A stretch of 64,000 bases of DNA, taken from the NCBI GenBank assembly GCA_903895695.1, contig CAITUY010000042.1, positions 879-64,878 on the forward strand, given 5' to 3'. Position 1 is the stretch's first letter, and the number at the start of each line of letters is the position of its first letter. The translations under genes and the position numbers were made by a program. Positions 1 to 9,068 of this stretch are shown here, one piece after another. This DNA comes from an uncultured bacterium (GTDB lineage: Bacteria > Verrucomicrobiota > Kiritimatiellia > CAIKKV01 > CAITUY01). Below the pieces are notes generated by a model. The model saw only the letters and a program-made list of their open reading frames with translations. It was not told the DNA's origin and made no database searches.

Positions 1-982
1 CCGCCTCCGGACCGTGGATGCCGACCGCCTGGCGCTCCAACAGACGGCTCAGACAGCCGAGGCCACATGGCGCGAGCGCGTGACGCGCCTCGAAAGGGAC
101 GCGGCCGCGCTTACCGCGACTTTGCGCCAGCGCGAGACGGACTTGGAGCTCTTCCGGACCCGCCTGGGCGACACGGAGCGCGAATCCGAACGGCAGGCGC
201 TGGACCTCCAGGCCCAGTTGACCCAGGCGGAGGCCCGTGCCGTCAAGGCCACCGAGGAACTGAGGGCTGTCACGCGGCAACTGGGCGAAGCTCGCGACTC
301 CCAGACGCGCCTCAAGGAGGAGAGCGATCGCAGCCTGTCCGATGCCCAAGCGCGAATCCAGCTCCTCGCCCAGAATGTTGAGGAACAGGATCGCCTCCTC
401 ACTGAAGCCCGGCGACGGCTCGATGGCGCCGAGGATCAGCAACGCGCCATCCGGCAGGAAGCCGCCCAGAATGAACAGGGCCTTCTGCGCCAGATCGAAC
501 GCCTGAAGACTGATGTCCGAAACGCGGGCACGCAGCTAACCGAGGCCCGGCGGCGCGTTGAAATGCAGGAGGAGCAACTCCGCAACTTGCGCCAGCAACG
601 AACGGTAGCCGCGCGCGAGGTGCCCCGCGCCACCGTCATCGAGATCCCGCGCACTCCGGCCAAGACGGAAGAACCGGCGCCCACGCCCCCACCGCCTGCT
701 CTGGCCGCCGAGGTCGTCGACGCGGAAGTCGTATCCAGCCCCTCCATGGCCAGGCCGGCCCCCGACGCGGCACCAGGCGCCGTCCGCCGCGCGGCACGAC
801 CGACACGGCCCCGCGCTGCGAGCGAAGCGCAGCACACGTTGACCAAGCTGGAAGAACAGTTGCAATCGGAATTGCAGGCGTGGGAACAACAACAAAAGAA
901 AGACGCCGACAGCGGAACGTTGTCGAAAATGAAGAGCTGGCTGGGCCTAAAGGACCGGCCGACCGATACCGACAAAACCTAA
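1..982 (+). CDS. Long coiled-coil protein, C-terminal part (5'-truncated by the window), with Pro/Ala-rich linker
   Basis: Frame is open from the window edge. E/Q/R/L heptad-rich sequence, then a PAPTPPPP linker and a short C-terminal helix. Confidence 0.7.
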   Translation, partial: RLRTVDADRLALQQTAQTAEATWRERVTRLERDAAALTATLRQRETDLELFRTRLGDTERESERQALDLQAQLTQAEARAVKATEELRAVTRQLGEARDSQTRLKEESDRSLSDAQARIQLLAQNVEEQDRLLTEARRRLDGAEDQQRAIRQEAAQNEQGLLRQIERLKTDVRNAGTQLTEARRRVEMQEEQLRNLRQQRTVAAREVPRATVIEIPRTPAKTEEPAPTPPPPALAAEVVDAEVVSSPSMARPAPDAAPGAVRRAARPTRPRAASEAQHTLTKLEEQLQSELQAWEQQQKKDADSGTLSKMKSWLGLKDRPTDTDKT

Positions 983-1018
983 CCGCGCCCCGCACGGCGC
1001 GGACGAATGGGAGGCACT

Positions 1019-1915
1019 ATGGACGCAACCGGACATGACGACAACAAGACTGCGCTGGCACCGGCCGGCGACTCGACGGTCCCCGCCCCGGCAGACCACG
1101 AGATGACGGAAATTGAGAAGCACCTGGGCGACTTGGCCGCATCGCCCCAATTCGTGCCGCTTATGGGGAGTTTCCGCGAACTGCTGGACGCCGAACGGCG
1201 CCGCAACCGCGTGCGAACCCTCCTGATCAGTGCGGGCATGCTCGCCCTGTTGGTCTTGTTCATCTGGGGCCCCCTGCACCTGATCCGGACTTACATCCGC
1301 CTGTCCGAGCAACGCCTGGCAGGCGAACGCGAGTCCCTGCAACGCGTCGAGCACTCGCTCAACGAAAGCATGACCGTGCTCGCGGACGCCTCCCGCGAAC
1401 TGCGGAAGACGTTGGAAGCGTGCCGGCCGACGCCGGCGACGGGAGCCCAACCGGTTGTCGAGCCGGCAACGCCCCAGGTCACAGTGACCACGCCTGCAGC
1501 GGTCGCTCCGGTCGCGCCCCTGCTCATTGCGACGCCCTTGCCTCCGCATCCCGTCGGAGTCGCGACCACGCTCCCGCCTGCCGTTGTTGCCGCCGTGATG
1601 CCGCCCGCTGCTACGCCAACCGGCAAGGTGACCTCTGCTGCCGCGACCCCTGCGAAAGAACAGACGCCGCCCATCGCCAAACAGACCGTCGCGCCCGGCA
1701 TCCCGCCTGACGTCTTCAGGGCAGTGACGTCGACGCCGGCCGTCCCGGTGACCGTGGCGGTGAATCCCCCCATGCCAGCCGCCACCAACCGCGCGGCGTC
1801 AGCCGCGGTGGCCGAAACCCGCTTGGACGATGCGCTCGCGAACGTGGAACGGACCATTCAGGCGATCAAGCAGAAGAACGCTCCGACCAACGCCGCGACA
1901 ACGAAAAAACCATGA
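1019..1915 (+). CDS. Single-pass membrane protein with coiled coil and Pro/Ala/Thr-rich tail
   Basis: GGAGG at 1010-1014 before ATG 1019. Hydrophobic segment LLISAGMLALLVLFIWG after RRRNR, then a low-complexity P/A/T region. Confidence 0.7.
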   Translation: MDATGHDDNKTALAPAGDSTVPAPADHEMTEIEKHLGDLAASPQFVPLMGSFRELLDAERRRNRVRTLLISAGMLALLVLFIWGPLHLIRTYIRLSEQRLAGERESLQRVEHSLNESMTVLADASRELRKTLEACRPTPATGAQPVVEPATPQVTVTTPAAVAPVAPLLIATPLPPHPVGVATTLPPAVVAAVMPPAATPTGKVTSAAATPAKEQTPPIAKQTVAPGIPPDVFRAVTSTPAVPVTVAVNPPMPAATNRAASAAVAETRLDDALANVERTIQAIKQKNAPTNAATTKKP

Positions 1916-2157
1916 AGACACGCTGGCTCATCTTGCTGCTTCTGACTGCCGGTTGCGGCCGAGGGTCTGCGCCGGCCCCCGGGTCCAATGCGGCGCCCGC
2001 CGGGTCCGTGACGAACGAGCCCGGCCAGTCCGCGGTCGGCACCGTGGTGGACGGGCTCATCGGCAAGACCGCCGTGGACGCCGGCAAACGGGCGCGTATC
2101 CAACTGGAAAATGTGCGCACGCAGGAGAACCATGCGATCAGCGAAGCCATGCAGTAG
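1912..2157 (+). CDS. Small lipoprotein
   Basis: MKTRW, hydrophobic core, lipobox LTAG|C. ATGA overlap with the upstream gene. Confidence 0.75.
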   Translation: MKTRWLILLLLTAGCGRGSAPAPGSNAAPAGSVTNEPGQSAVGTVVDGLIGKTAVDAGKRARIQLENVRTQENHAISEAMQ

Positions 2158-3088
2158 ACGTCGCCGCGTCGCCGCGTTCGCCGTCCTTATTGCCGCCGCG
2201 GCTGGCGCGCTGTTCGCGACCCCTGCGACGAACGAGCCCACCCCTAGGCCCGCGTCCCTGCGGGACGACCTGGAGGCCGTGTTGCGCCAGGCCGAGCGGG
2301 GCGATCCCGAGGGCCAGTACCGCATGGGCGTGGTCTACGACGAGGGCATTGGACTCCGACGCGATGCCTCGCAGGCGGCCCGCTGGTATCGTCTCGCAGC
2401 CGAACAAGGCAAGCTCGATGCACAGCTCGACCTGGCCGTGTTGTTGGCCGGCGACGGCATCGCGCGCGACCGGACCGAATCCGTCCGCTGGTACCGCCAG
2501 GCGGCCGGACGCGGCGCCCCCCAAGCCCAGTATGTCCTCGGTCTCATGCTCGCGACCGGCACGGGCGTGGCGACCAACCTGACCGAAGCCGTGAAGTGGC
2601 TTGAGAAGGCGGGGGGTCAAGGCGTCGTTGATGCCCAGTACCAACTGGGCCTGCTTTACGGCGACGGTCGCGGCGTTCCGTGCGACGAGGCCAGGGCGGC
2701 CGCCTGGCTGCGCTTGGCCGCGGACGCCGGCTACGCGCCAGCCGAGTATGAGTTGGCCGTCTTGTACGCCAACGGCGAAGGGGTCCCCGCCTCGTTTGAC
2801 GACGCCTTAAGCTGGTACAGCAAAGCCGCCGAGGGCGGCATTGCCCAAGCGGCCTACAACCTGGCCTTCATGTACGGCCGGGGCCAAGGCGTACCGGTCG
2901 ATATTATCAATGCCTACCTCTGGGCTGAAAGGGCCGTGGCCCTGGGCAGCGAACCGGCCCTTGTCCTTCGGGGGCGACTACTGGAACGGATGCGGCCGGA
3001 AGAGATCGTCGAAGCCCACCGTCGCGACCTGGAGGCGGCCCGGATACGACCGGCGCGGCACTCATCGCCCCCCTCGCCTGCGCGTTAG
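2132..3088 (+). CDS. Sel1-like repeat protein, secreted or anchored
   Basis: About six Sel1 repeats (AQY.LG..Y..G.GV..D...A..WY..AA.QG). N-terminal hydrophobic segment. AGGAG at 2123-2127 supports ATG 2132. Confidence 0.9.
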   Translation: MRSAKPCSRRRRVAAFAVLIAAAAGALFATPATNEPTPRPASLRDDLEAVLRQAERGDPEGQYRMGVVYDEGIGLRRDASQAARWYRLAAEQGKLDAQLDLAVLLAGDGIARDRTESVRWYRQAAGRGAPQAQYVLGLMLATGTGVATNLTEAVKWLEKAGGQGVVDAQYQLGLLYGDGRGVPCDEARAAAWLRLAADAGYAPAEYELAVLYANGEGVPASFDDALSWYSKAAEGGIAQAAYNLAFMYGRGQGVPVDIINAYLWAERAVALGSEPALVLRGRLLERMRPEEIVEAHRRDLEAARIRPARHSSPPSPAR

Positions 3089-3121
3089 CCGCAGGCCGAG
3101 ACCGGATGTCCCAGCCCACGC

Positions 3122-4366
3122 CTAGGCAAGCAGGCGAAGACGCAGCATGTTGAGCGCTGCCTTGGCGGCGCGGTCGCGAACCATATCCCGATCGCCAGGA
3201 AGCTGAAAGTGTTCGGTCGTAGTGCGTGCCGCGCTCGATCCGCCCGCGGCCAATGCGATCCAGACTGTGCCCACGGGCTTCTCGTCGGACCCGCCGTCCG
3301 GCCCGGCGATGCCGGACACGGCCAGCGCATAGTCGGCGTCAGACTTACGCATGGCATTGAGCGCCAGGAGGCGGACGGTTTCCTCGCTCACGGCGCCATG
3401 CGCCGCCAGCACGGATGCGGGAATGTCGAGTTCGTGCTGTTTGAGCGCGTCGGAATAGACAACCCACCCGCCCCGGTAGTAGGCGCTCGCTCCGGGTATG
3501 TCGGTCAACAGACGCGCCACGAGCCCGCCCGTACAACTCTCCGCGGTAGCCACCGTGCGTCCCGCCTGCTTTAGCAGGCGGCCCACCGCTTCCTGGAGCG
3601 TAGTCGGGCCATGGCCAAAGATCAGCGGGCCCAGGCGTTCGGCCGCCGTCTTTTCGACCCGGTTCAGGTGCAGGCGTGCCGGGCCCGGCGTCGGGAAGTC
3701 GCTCCGGATGCGCACCGACACGATGCCGCCCGAGACGGTCGTCCCGACCGTGGGATTGTTGTCGCGCCGCATGAGGTCACCCAGCTTCTCGGCCACGGTC
3801 GATTCGCCCGCCCCGAATGTGTGAAGCGTTTCCGTGAGAATCGTGCGACCCGACTTCGTGGCCAGCGTCGGGAACACGTGGCGGTCGAACATGGGGCTCA
3901 TCTCGCGAGGGACGCCGGGGAAGACGAACACGGATGTTTTGCCGATCCGAATCTTGACGCCCGGCGCTGTGCCCCAATCGTTATCGAGAATCTCGCCGCC
4001 GCGCGGGACCATCGCCTGGATGCGATTGGAGGGCGGCATCTCGCGGCCCAACGACTTGAAAAACTTGCGGATGCGCTCCAGCGATGGCGGATGCAGGTCG
4101 AGGGGCTTGCCGAGCACATCGGCCAGCGCCTGACGCGAGAGATCGTCGGCCGTGGGCCCGAGTCCGCCGGTCACGATGACGAGATCGGCCGCGGCGGCCG
4201 CCTCGCGTACCGCGGCGACAATGGCCGCCTGATCGTCAGCCACGGTCTTATGATAGACCGTCATCACACCGCTGGCGGTCAGCCGCGCGCTAAGCCATGC
4301 CGAGTTCGTGTCCACCGTCTGACCGAGCACCAATTCGTCGCCCACCGAAAGAATCACTGCATTCAT
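3122..4366 (-). CDS. cinA: CinA protein (molybdopterin-binding-like domain + PncC NMN deamidase domain)
   Basis: N-terminal VGDELVLGQTVDTN, TGGLGPT.DD and FPGVPRE. C-terminal TAESCTGG, GAVSEE and SGIAGPDGG..KPVGTVW. Confidence 0.95.
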   Translation of the reverse strand: MNAVILSVGDELVLGQTVDTNSAWLSARLTASGVMTVYHKTVADDQAAIVAAVREAAAAADLVIVTGGLGPTADDLSRQALADVLGKPLDLHPPSLERIRKFFKSLGREMPPSNRIQAMVPRGGEILDNDWGTAPGVKIRIGKTSVFVFPGVPREMSPMFDRHVFPTLATKSGRTILTETLHTFGAGESTVAEKLGDLMRRDNNPTVGTTVSGGIVSVRIRSDFPTPGPARLHLNRVEKTAAERLGPLIFGHGPTTLQEAVGRLLKQAGRTVATAESCTGGLVARLLTDIPGASAYYRGGWVVYSDALKQHELDIPASVLAAHGAVSEETVRLLALNAMRKSDADYALAVSGIAGPDGGSDEKPVGTVWIALAAGGSSAARTTTEHFQLPGDRDMVRDRAAKAALNMLRLRLLA

Positions 4367-4387
4367 GAATGACCTCGTATAGCAGGC

Positions 4388-5650
4388 CTAGCAAGGAGGA
4401 TTGGGCTTGTTCATGGCGTGGCGATCCGTCCGGACCCACTCCTGGGCGCCGTGGCGCGCCAGGCCCATCTTCAGGTACAGCCCCACTTTCCACAGCACGA
4501 AAAGCGGCGCAAACAGCAGTCGCCGGTACACGACGAATGGCGCGTGGATCAAAACCAGTGAGGCCAACACATAGCTCAGTTCGGCTGCCAATGCTGCGAC
4601 CCAGAGCGCCGCCACCGCGCCCCACACGACGCCGGGCATAAGGCACCACAGGATGCCAACGACCGCCGCCGGCAGCGCTGTGGTCGCCACCAGAAGCGTC
4701 AGGGGCGGCACGAACAGATCCATGGCGCCGTCCAGGCGTGCGCCGTCGCCCAGGCGCAGCCCTTCCTTGAAGAGCGGCCAGGCCTGAGTTCGGATCAATG
4801 CGATGCGCCCGCCTTCCCATCGGACCCGCTGCGTGCCCGCCGATTTGCCGGATACCGCCATCTGCCCGAACACCTGCGCGCCGGGCACGAACTTCACGCG
4901 AATCCCCTGCCGCAGGTAGAACAACGCCAGCTCCACATCCTCGACGACGGAAAAGGCCGGATACGCGTACGCCTCGACCAACCGGCGCGCGAAGCACATG
5001 CCGTTACCCTTGAGTCCGCACGGCAAACCGAGCCGGTCGCGGCCCAATGGTCTCAGGAAATGAAAAGCGGCCAGCGATGCCGTCAGCAGGGAAGTGCGCC
5101 AGTTCTCCAGCGGATTCTGCACCCCGTAGTACCCCTGCAACGCCTCGCGACCCTGGACGATTTGCTCGTCCATGAACCACAGGAAGTCTTCGTTCACCGT
5201 CGAATCGGCATCCAGAATGACCACCGCATCATACGGCTCCCCCAACCCGGCCAGCCGCTCCCGCATGGCCCAGTTCAGGGCCTGCCCCTTGCCGCGGTGC
5301 ACGGGATCCGTCCGCTCCAGGACGATGGCCCCGTGGGTGCGCGCCACCTGCGCCGTGGTGTCCTCGCAGTTGTCGGCGATCACGACAATCCTGAATTTCG
5401 CGGCCGGGTATGACTGGCTCCGCAGTTGATCCACCACGTCGCCCAGGAGCAGCTCTTCGTTGTGGGCAGGAATAAGGATCAGGAACCGGGACGTTGCCTC
5501 GCGCCGTCCGGCAAACCGGCCCGTAATCTGTCGCCGCCCCGGATGCCCGAACGCGGCCACGCTAAGCAACAGCAGGTATAGCGCCATCACCGCGGCCGGC
5601 AACGCCGCGAGCATCAGGAGCCAGTTCAGTACGCAAAGCCCCAGGTTCAT
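4388..5650 (-). CDS. GT2 membrane glycosyltransferase with QxxRW motif
   Basis: IPAHNEE, ADNC.D, GKG.AL, LDAD, VED and QRVRW motifs. N- and C-terminal TM helices. Confidence 0.92.
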   Translation of the reverse strand: MNLGLCVLNWLLMLAALPAAVMALYLLLLSVAAFGHPGRRQITGRFAGRREATSRFLILIPAHNEELLLGDVVDQLRSQSYPAAKFRIVVIADNCEDTTAQVARTHGAIVLERTDPVHRGKGQALNWAMRERLAGLGEPYDAVVILDADSTVNEDFLWFMDEQIVQGREALQGYYGVQNPLENWRTSLLTASLAAFHFLRPLGRDRLGLPCGLKGNGMCFARRLVEAYAYPAFSVVEDVELALFYLRQGIRVKFVPGAQVFGQMAVSGKSAGTQRVRWEGGRIALIRTQAWPLFKEGLRLGDGARLDGAMDLFVPPLTLLVATTALPAAVVGILWCLMPGVVWGAVAALWVAALAAELSYVLASLVLIHAPFVVYRRLLFAPLFVLWKVGLYLKMGLARHGAQEWVRTDRHAMNKPNPPC

Positions 5651-6189
5651 GCCTTGACCTCGAAGGTGCGAATGACTTTGGCCGGGACGCCGGCCGCCAG
5701 GCAGTTGGCCGGGATATCGCGCGTCACCACGCTACCCGCGCCGATGACGGCATGATCGCCGATGGTGACGCCCTTGAGCACAATCACTCGCACGCCCAGC
5801 CACACGTCCCGGCCCAGAACGATCGGCCGGGATTCGCTCGGTCTATCGCGGTCCTCAACGCTGTGATAGTCGTTATCCATCAAACACGCGTAGGAGCCGA
5901 GTTGGCACCCGTCACCGATTTGCACCAGCTTGTGTGCGGAGATGCTGGCGCCATAGTTAATGAACACGCCGCTCCCGATCTCCAAGCGCGCACCGGGATA
6001 GGTAACGATCTCGGAGGTGACCGTGGTGCTGAAGAACCGGAATTTCTCGCCGATCATGACCTCGCCCAGGTTGGTAATCCGGGGCCGGCCATAGACACGC
6101 GGCAGGCGCCCCACCCGCGTGCAGCGGCGCAGATACCACCGCCCTAGCAGGACATGCCACGCGCTGTCGAGTTTATAGCCCAGGCTCAT
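5647..6189 (-). CDS. Hexapeptide-repeat (LbH) O-acyltransferase
   Basis: MDNDYH, then VWLG..VIVLKGVTIG..AVIGAGSVVTRDIP...AAGVPAKVIR. Confidence 0.92.
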   Translation of the reverse strand: MSLGYKLDSAWHVLLGRWYLRRCTRVGRLPRVYGRPRITNLGEVMIGEKFRFFSTTVTSEIVTYPGARLEIGSGVFINYGASISAHKLVQIGDGCQLGSYACLMDNDYHSVEDRDRPSESRPIVLGRDVWLGVRVIVLKGVTIGDHAVIGAGSVVTRDIPANCLAAGVPAKVIRTFEVKA

Positions 6190-7250
6190 GCTTGGCTCCG
6201 CTTTTCCGCCGCCCGGCAGGCCGCGCCGATGCGGCTGACGAATTGCGCAAGCGTGCGTTCCCGCAGCGCCGATTCGCGGCCGGTCCGGGCGATTGCCGCC
6301 GCCTCGGCCGGATTACCGATTAACCGCTGCACGGCAGCACGCAGGGCCCCGGCATCGCCGCTGGGCACCGTGACCGCCGCCCCGGGATCGATCGAATCCA
6401 GGATGCCTTCCGAGGCGGATATGACCACGGGGCGGCCGCAGGCTTGCGCCTCGAAAAGCGATGTAACGCCCGCCGGCCAATCCACGTTCATCAACGGCAC
6501 GACGACGACAGCCGCACTGCGGTATAAGTCGCGCAGTTCGATGCTCGACAGCCCCTTGCGTAACGTCACGTTGGAAGGAACCCGCCGCCCGGATGTCTGG
6601 TCCTCACGCTTGGACCACGGGCTCGAAGCGACGACGGTCACCGGAATGTCCGTGCCGTCCAGGGCCTGGAACAATGTCGTGTAGTCGCGCAGTTCGCGAC
6701 CCACGCTGACTACGCCGCGACCCGGGCCGGCCGGCTTGCCGGGCGTGAAGAATGCCTCATCAACCTGGAATGCAATCCGGCAGACCTTGCTTGCGGGCAC
6801 GCCAAGGCGCTCCTGGGCGAAGCGTTCCTGTTGGCGGCTGTAGCAGAGCATGACGCCAATCTGGTTGAACAGGCGGAACGCGCGCAACACCCGGCTCTTC
6901 TGGGGCGTCGTGATGCGATGGCCGATCAGGGCCAGGGTCACGCCGCGTCGGAGCTTCAGCATCAGCGCCAGTGGGATCGCGGTATTTTCGGCCGTGACAA
7001 AATAGAAGGAGCCCCGCTTCCAGAACGCCAGCCACGCCAGCGCCACGGCCTTGCCGGCGACCTTCGCCAGCAGGCGCGTTAGGGCCGACCCGCGCGGTAC
7101 ATCGGAAAACGACAGGATTTCGGCATCCAGGGCCCGGGCCAGTTCCACGAAATCCTGCCGCGGCGATTCGGTCTCGCCCTGCAACCGGTTCAGCACGGCG
7201 TCCACATCCGCTGTGACCAGGACAAACCGTTTCCCTTTTTCGACTTTCAT
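6186..7250 (-). CDS. GT4 glycosyltransferase
   Basis: SVGRELRDY and VVVPL...AGVTSLFEAQACGRPVV. Start placed at MKVEKG; the longer ORF-track start overlaps pgm. Confidence 0.85.
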   Translation of the reverse strand: MKVEKGKRFVLVTADVDAVLNRLQGETESPRQDFVELARALDAEILSFSDVPRGSALTRLLAKVAGKAVALAWLAFWKRGSFYFVTAENTAIPLALMLKLRRGVTLALIGHRITTPQKSRVLRAFRLFNQIGVMLCYSRQQERFAQERLGVPASKVCRIAFQVDEAFFTPGKPAGPGRGVVSVGRELRDYTTLFQALDGTDIPVTVVASSPWSKREDQTSGRRVPSNVTLRKGLSSIELRDLYRSAAVVVVPLMNVDWPAGVTSLFEAQACGRPVVISASEGILDSIDPGAAVTVPSGDAGALRAAVQRLIGNPAEAAAIARTGRESALRERTLAQFVSRIGAACRAAEKRSQA

Positions 7251-7260
7251 CAAGAGGCGC

Positions 7261-7289
7261 AGTCTAGCGCCCCGAATTGCCGTGGTCAC
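7261..7289 (-). promoter_or_regulatory. Putative divergent promoter for the GT4/acyltransferase/GT2/cinA run, possibly leaderless
   Basis: Minus strand GTGACC-N17-TAGACT about 10 nt before the ATG at 7250, with no RBS. Confidence 0.3.
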
Positions 7290-7333
7290 GCAGAAGTTCA
7301 GCCGCAACTCGCCACAGGCCTCCGACAAGACGA

Positions 7334-7362
7334 TTGCCGATGCCCCCAAAAGGCAGTATGTT
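7334..7362 (+). promoter_or_regulatory. Putative sigma70-type promoter of pgm
   Basis: TTGCCG-N17-TATGTT, followed by an AGGAG RBS at 7379-7383. Confidence 0.45.
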
Positions 7363-7386
7363 GCAGCGCACCTGTGATAGGAGACT

Positions 7387-9039
7387 ATGAGTACGCATCC
7401 GTTGGCCGGGCAACCCGCCCCCGCAGAGTTACTGATTGATGTTGCCAAGCTCGAACGCGAATACCACGAGCGCCAGCCGGACCTTGCCGAGGCCAGTCAA
7501 CTAGTCAGCTTCGGCACCAGCGGCCACCGCGGCACGCCGACCAACGGCACCTTCACGGAAGCGCACATCCTGGCCATTACGCAGGCCATCTGCGACTACA
7601 GGCGCCAGCACGCCATCAGCGGGCCGCTGTTCATCGCCAAGGATACGCACGCCCTTTCAGGTCCCGCGCAACGGTCCGCCATCGAGGTGCTCGCCGCCAA
7701 CGCCGTGGAAACGTTCGTTCAGCGCAACGACGGCTTCACCCCCACCCCGGCACTGTCTTTCGCGATTCTCGACTACAACCGCGGGCGCAAGGACGGCCAC
7801 GCTGACGGCATCGGCATCACGCCCTCGCACAATCCCCCGGCAGACGGCGGCTTCAAGTACAACCCACCCAACGGCGGCCCTGCCGACACCGACGTGACCG
7901 GTTGGATTCAGCGCCGCGCCAACCGCCTTCTCCAGGACGGAAACCACGATGTAAAGCGCACACCGTACGACGCAGCGCTTCACGCGACGACGACACACCA
8001 GCACGACTTCTGTACGCCCTACGTCAATGCACTTGGCTCCGTCATCGACATGGACCTCATTCGGAAATCTGGAGTGAAGATCGGCGTGGACCCGCTGGGC
8101 GGCGCCTCCGTTCATTACTGGGAACCGATCAAGGAACGCTACGGGCTGAATCTCACGGTCGTCAATCCGCGCGTCGACCCGACTTTCAGCTTCATGACGG
8201 TGGATCATGACGGGAAGATCCGCATGGACTGTTCCAGCCCCTATGCCATGGCCAGGCTGGTGCAACTCAAGGACCAGTTCGAGGTGGCGTTCGCCTGCGA
8301 CCCTGATGCCGACCGCCACGGCATCGTCTCGCCCACCGTGGGCCTGATGAACCCGAACCATTACCTCGCCGTTGCCATCGATTACCTGCTGAAGCACCGC
8401 CCGCAGTGGCCCACCGCCGCCGCCATCGGCAAGACCATGGTCAGCAGCAGCCTGATTGACCGGGTCGTGGCAAGTCTGGGCCGTCAACTCTACGAAGTGC
8501 CGGTCGGCTTCAAGTACTTCGTCGATGGTCTCGCCGACGGCTCGCTCTGCTTCGGCGGCGAGGAAAGCGCTGGGGCATCGTTCCTGCGCCGCGACGGCTC
8601 CACATGGGTAACGGAGAAAGACGGGTTACTGCTCTGCCTGTTGTCGGCCGAAATCGTCTCGCGCATCGGCACACTCGCCGCCCACTATCAGGCTCTCACG
8701 GACAAGCTTGGCACGCCCTTCTATACACGCATTGACACGCCCTGTTCCCCGGAGCAAAAGGCGGGATTCAAGAAATTCTTGCCCGAATCCGTTGAGGCCA
8801 AAGAACTGGCAGGAGAGGCAATTACCGCGAAGCTCGTCAATGCCCCCGGCAACAATGCGCCCATCGGCGGGTTGAAAGTGGTCGCGAAGAATGGTTGGTT
8901 CGCGGCAAGGCCCAGCGGCACGGAGAACCTCTACAAGCTCTACGCCGAGAGTTTCCGCGATCCCGCCCACCTGGTGCTTCTGGTTTCACAGGCACAGGCC
9001 ATCATTGCCCGCACTCTGGCCAGTGCGCTTCACGCCTGA
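7387..9039 (+). CDS. pgm: Phosphoglucomutase (alpha-D-glucose-1,6-bisphosphate dependent)
   Basis: FGTSGHRG, phosphoserine loop TPSHNPP, metal loop DPDADR, GEESAG, RPSGTE. Confidence 0.97.
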   Translation: MSTHPLAGQPAPAELLIDVAKLEREYHERQPDLAEASQLVSFGTSGHRGTPTNGTFTEAHILAITQAICDYRRQHAISGPLFIAKDTHALSGPAQRSAIEVLAANAVETFVQRNDGFTPTPALSFAILDYNRGRKDGHADGIGITPSHNPPADGGFKYNPPNGGPADTDVTGWIQRRANRLLQDGNHDVKRTPYDAALHATTTHQHDFCTPYVNALGSVIDMDLIRKSGVKIGVDPLGGASVHYWEPIKERYGLNLTVVNPRVDPTFSFMTVDHDGKIRMDCSSPYAMARLVQLKDQFEVAFACDPDADRHGIVSPTVGLMNPNHYLAVAIDYLLKHRPQWPTAAAIGKTMVSSSLIDRVVASLGRQLYEVPVGFKYFVDGLADGSLCFGGEESAGASFLRRDGSTWVTEKDGLLLCLLSAEIVSRIGTLAAHYQALTDKLGTPFYTRIDTPCSPEQKAGFKKFLPESVEAKELAGEAITAKLVNAPGNNAPIGGLKVVAKNGWFAARPSGTENLYKLYAESFRDPAHLVLLVSQAQAIIARTLASALHA

Positions 9040-9068
9040 AACGCTGAGCCTGCCTGTAGTGTCGCGCG

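Noticed and set aside
3094..3121. Imperfect hairpin GGCCGAGAC...GTCCCAGCC between the convergent Sel1 and cinA genes (REP-like or terminator)
   Set aside because: Single short imperfect stem with no U-tract and no second copy seen. Too weak to call.
3122..4366. cinA as evidence of a competence system or as part of the EPS pathway
   Set aside because: CinA is a widespread NAD-salvage enzyme, and no competence genes are nearby.
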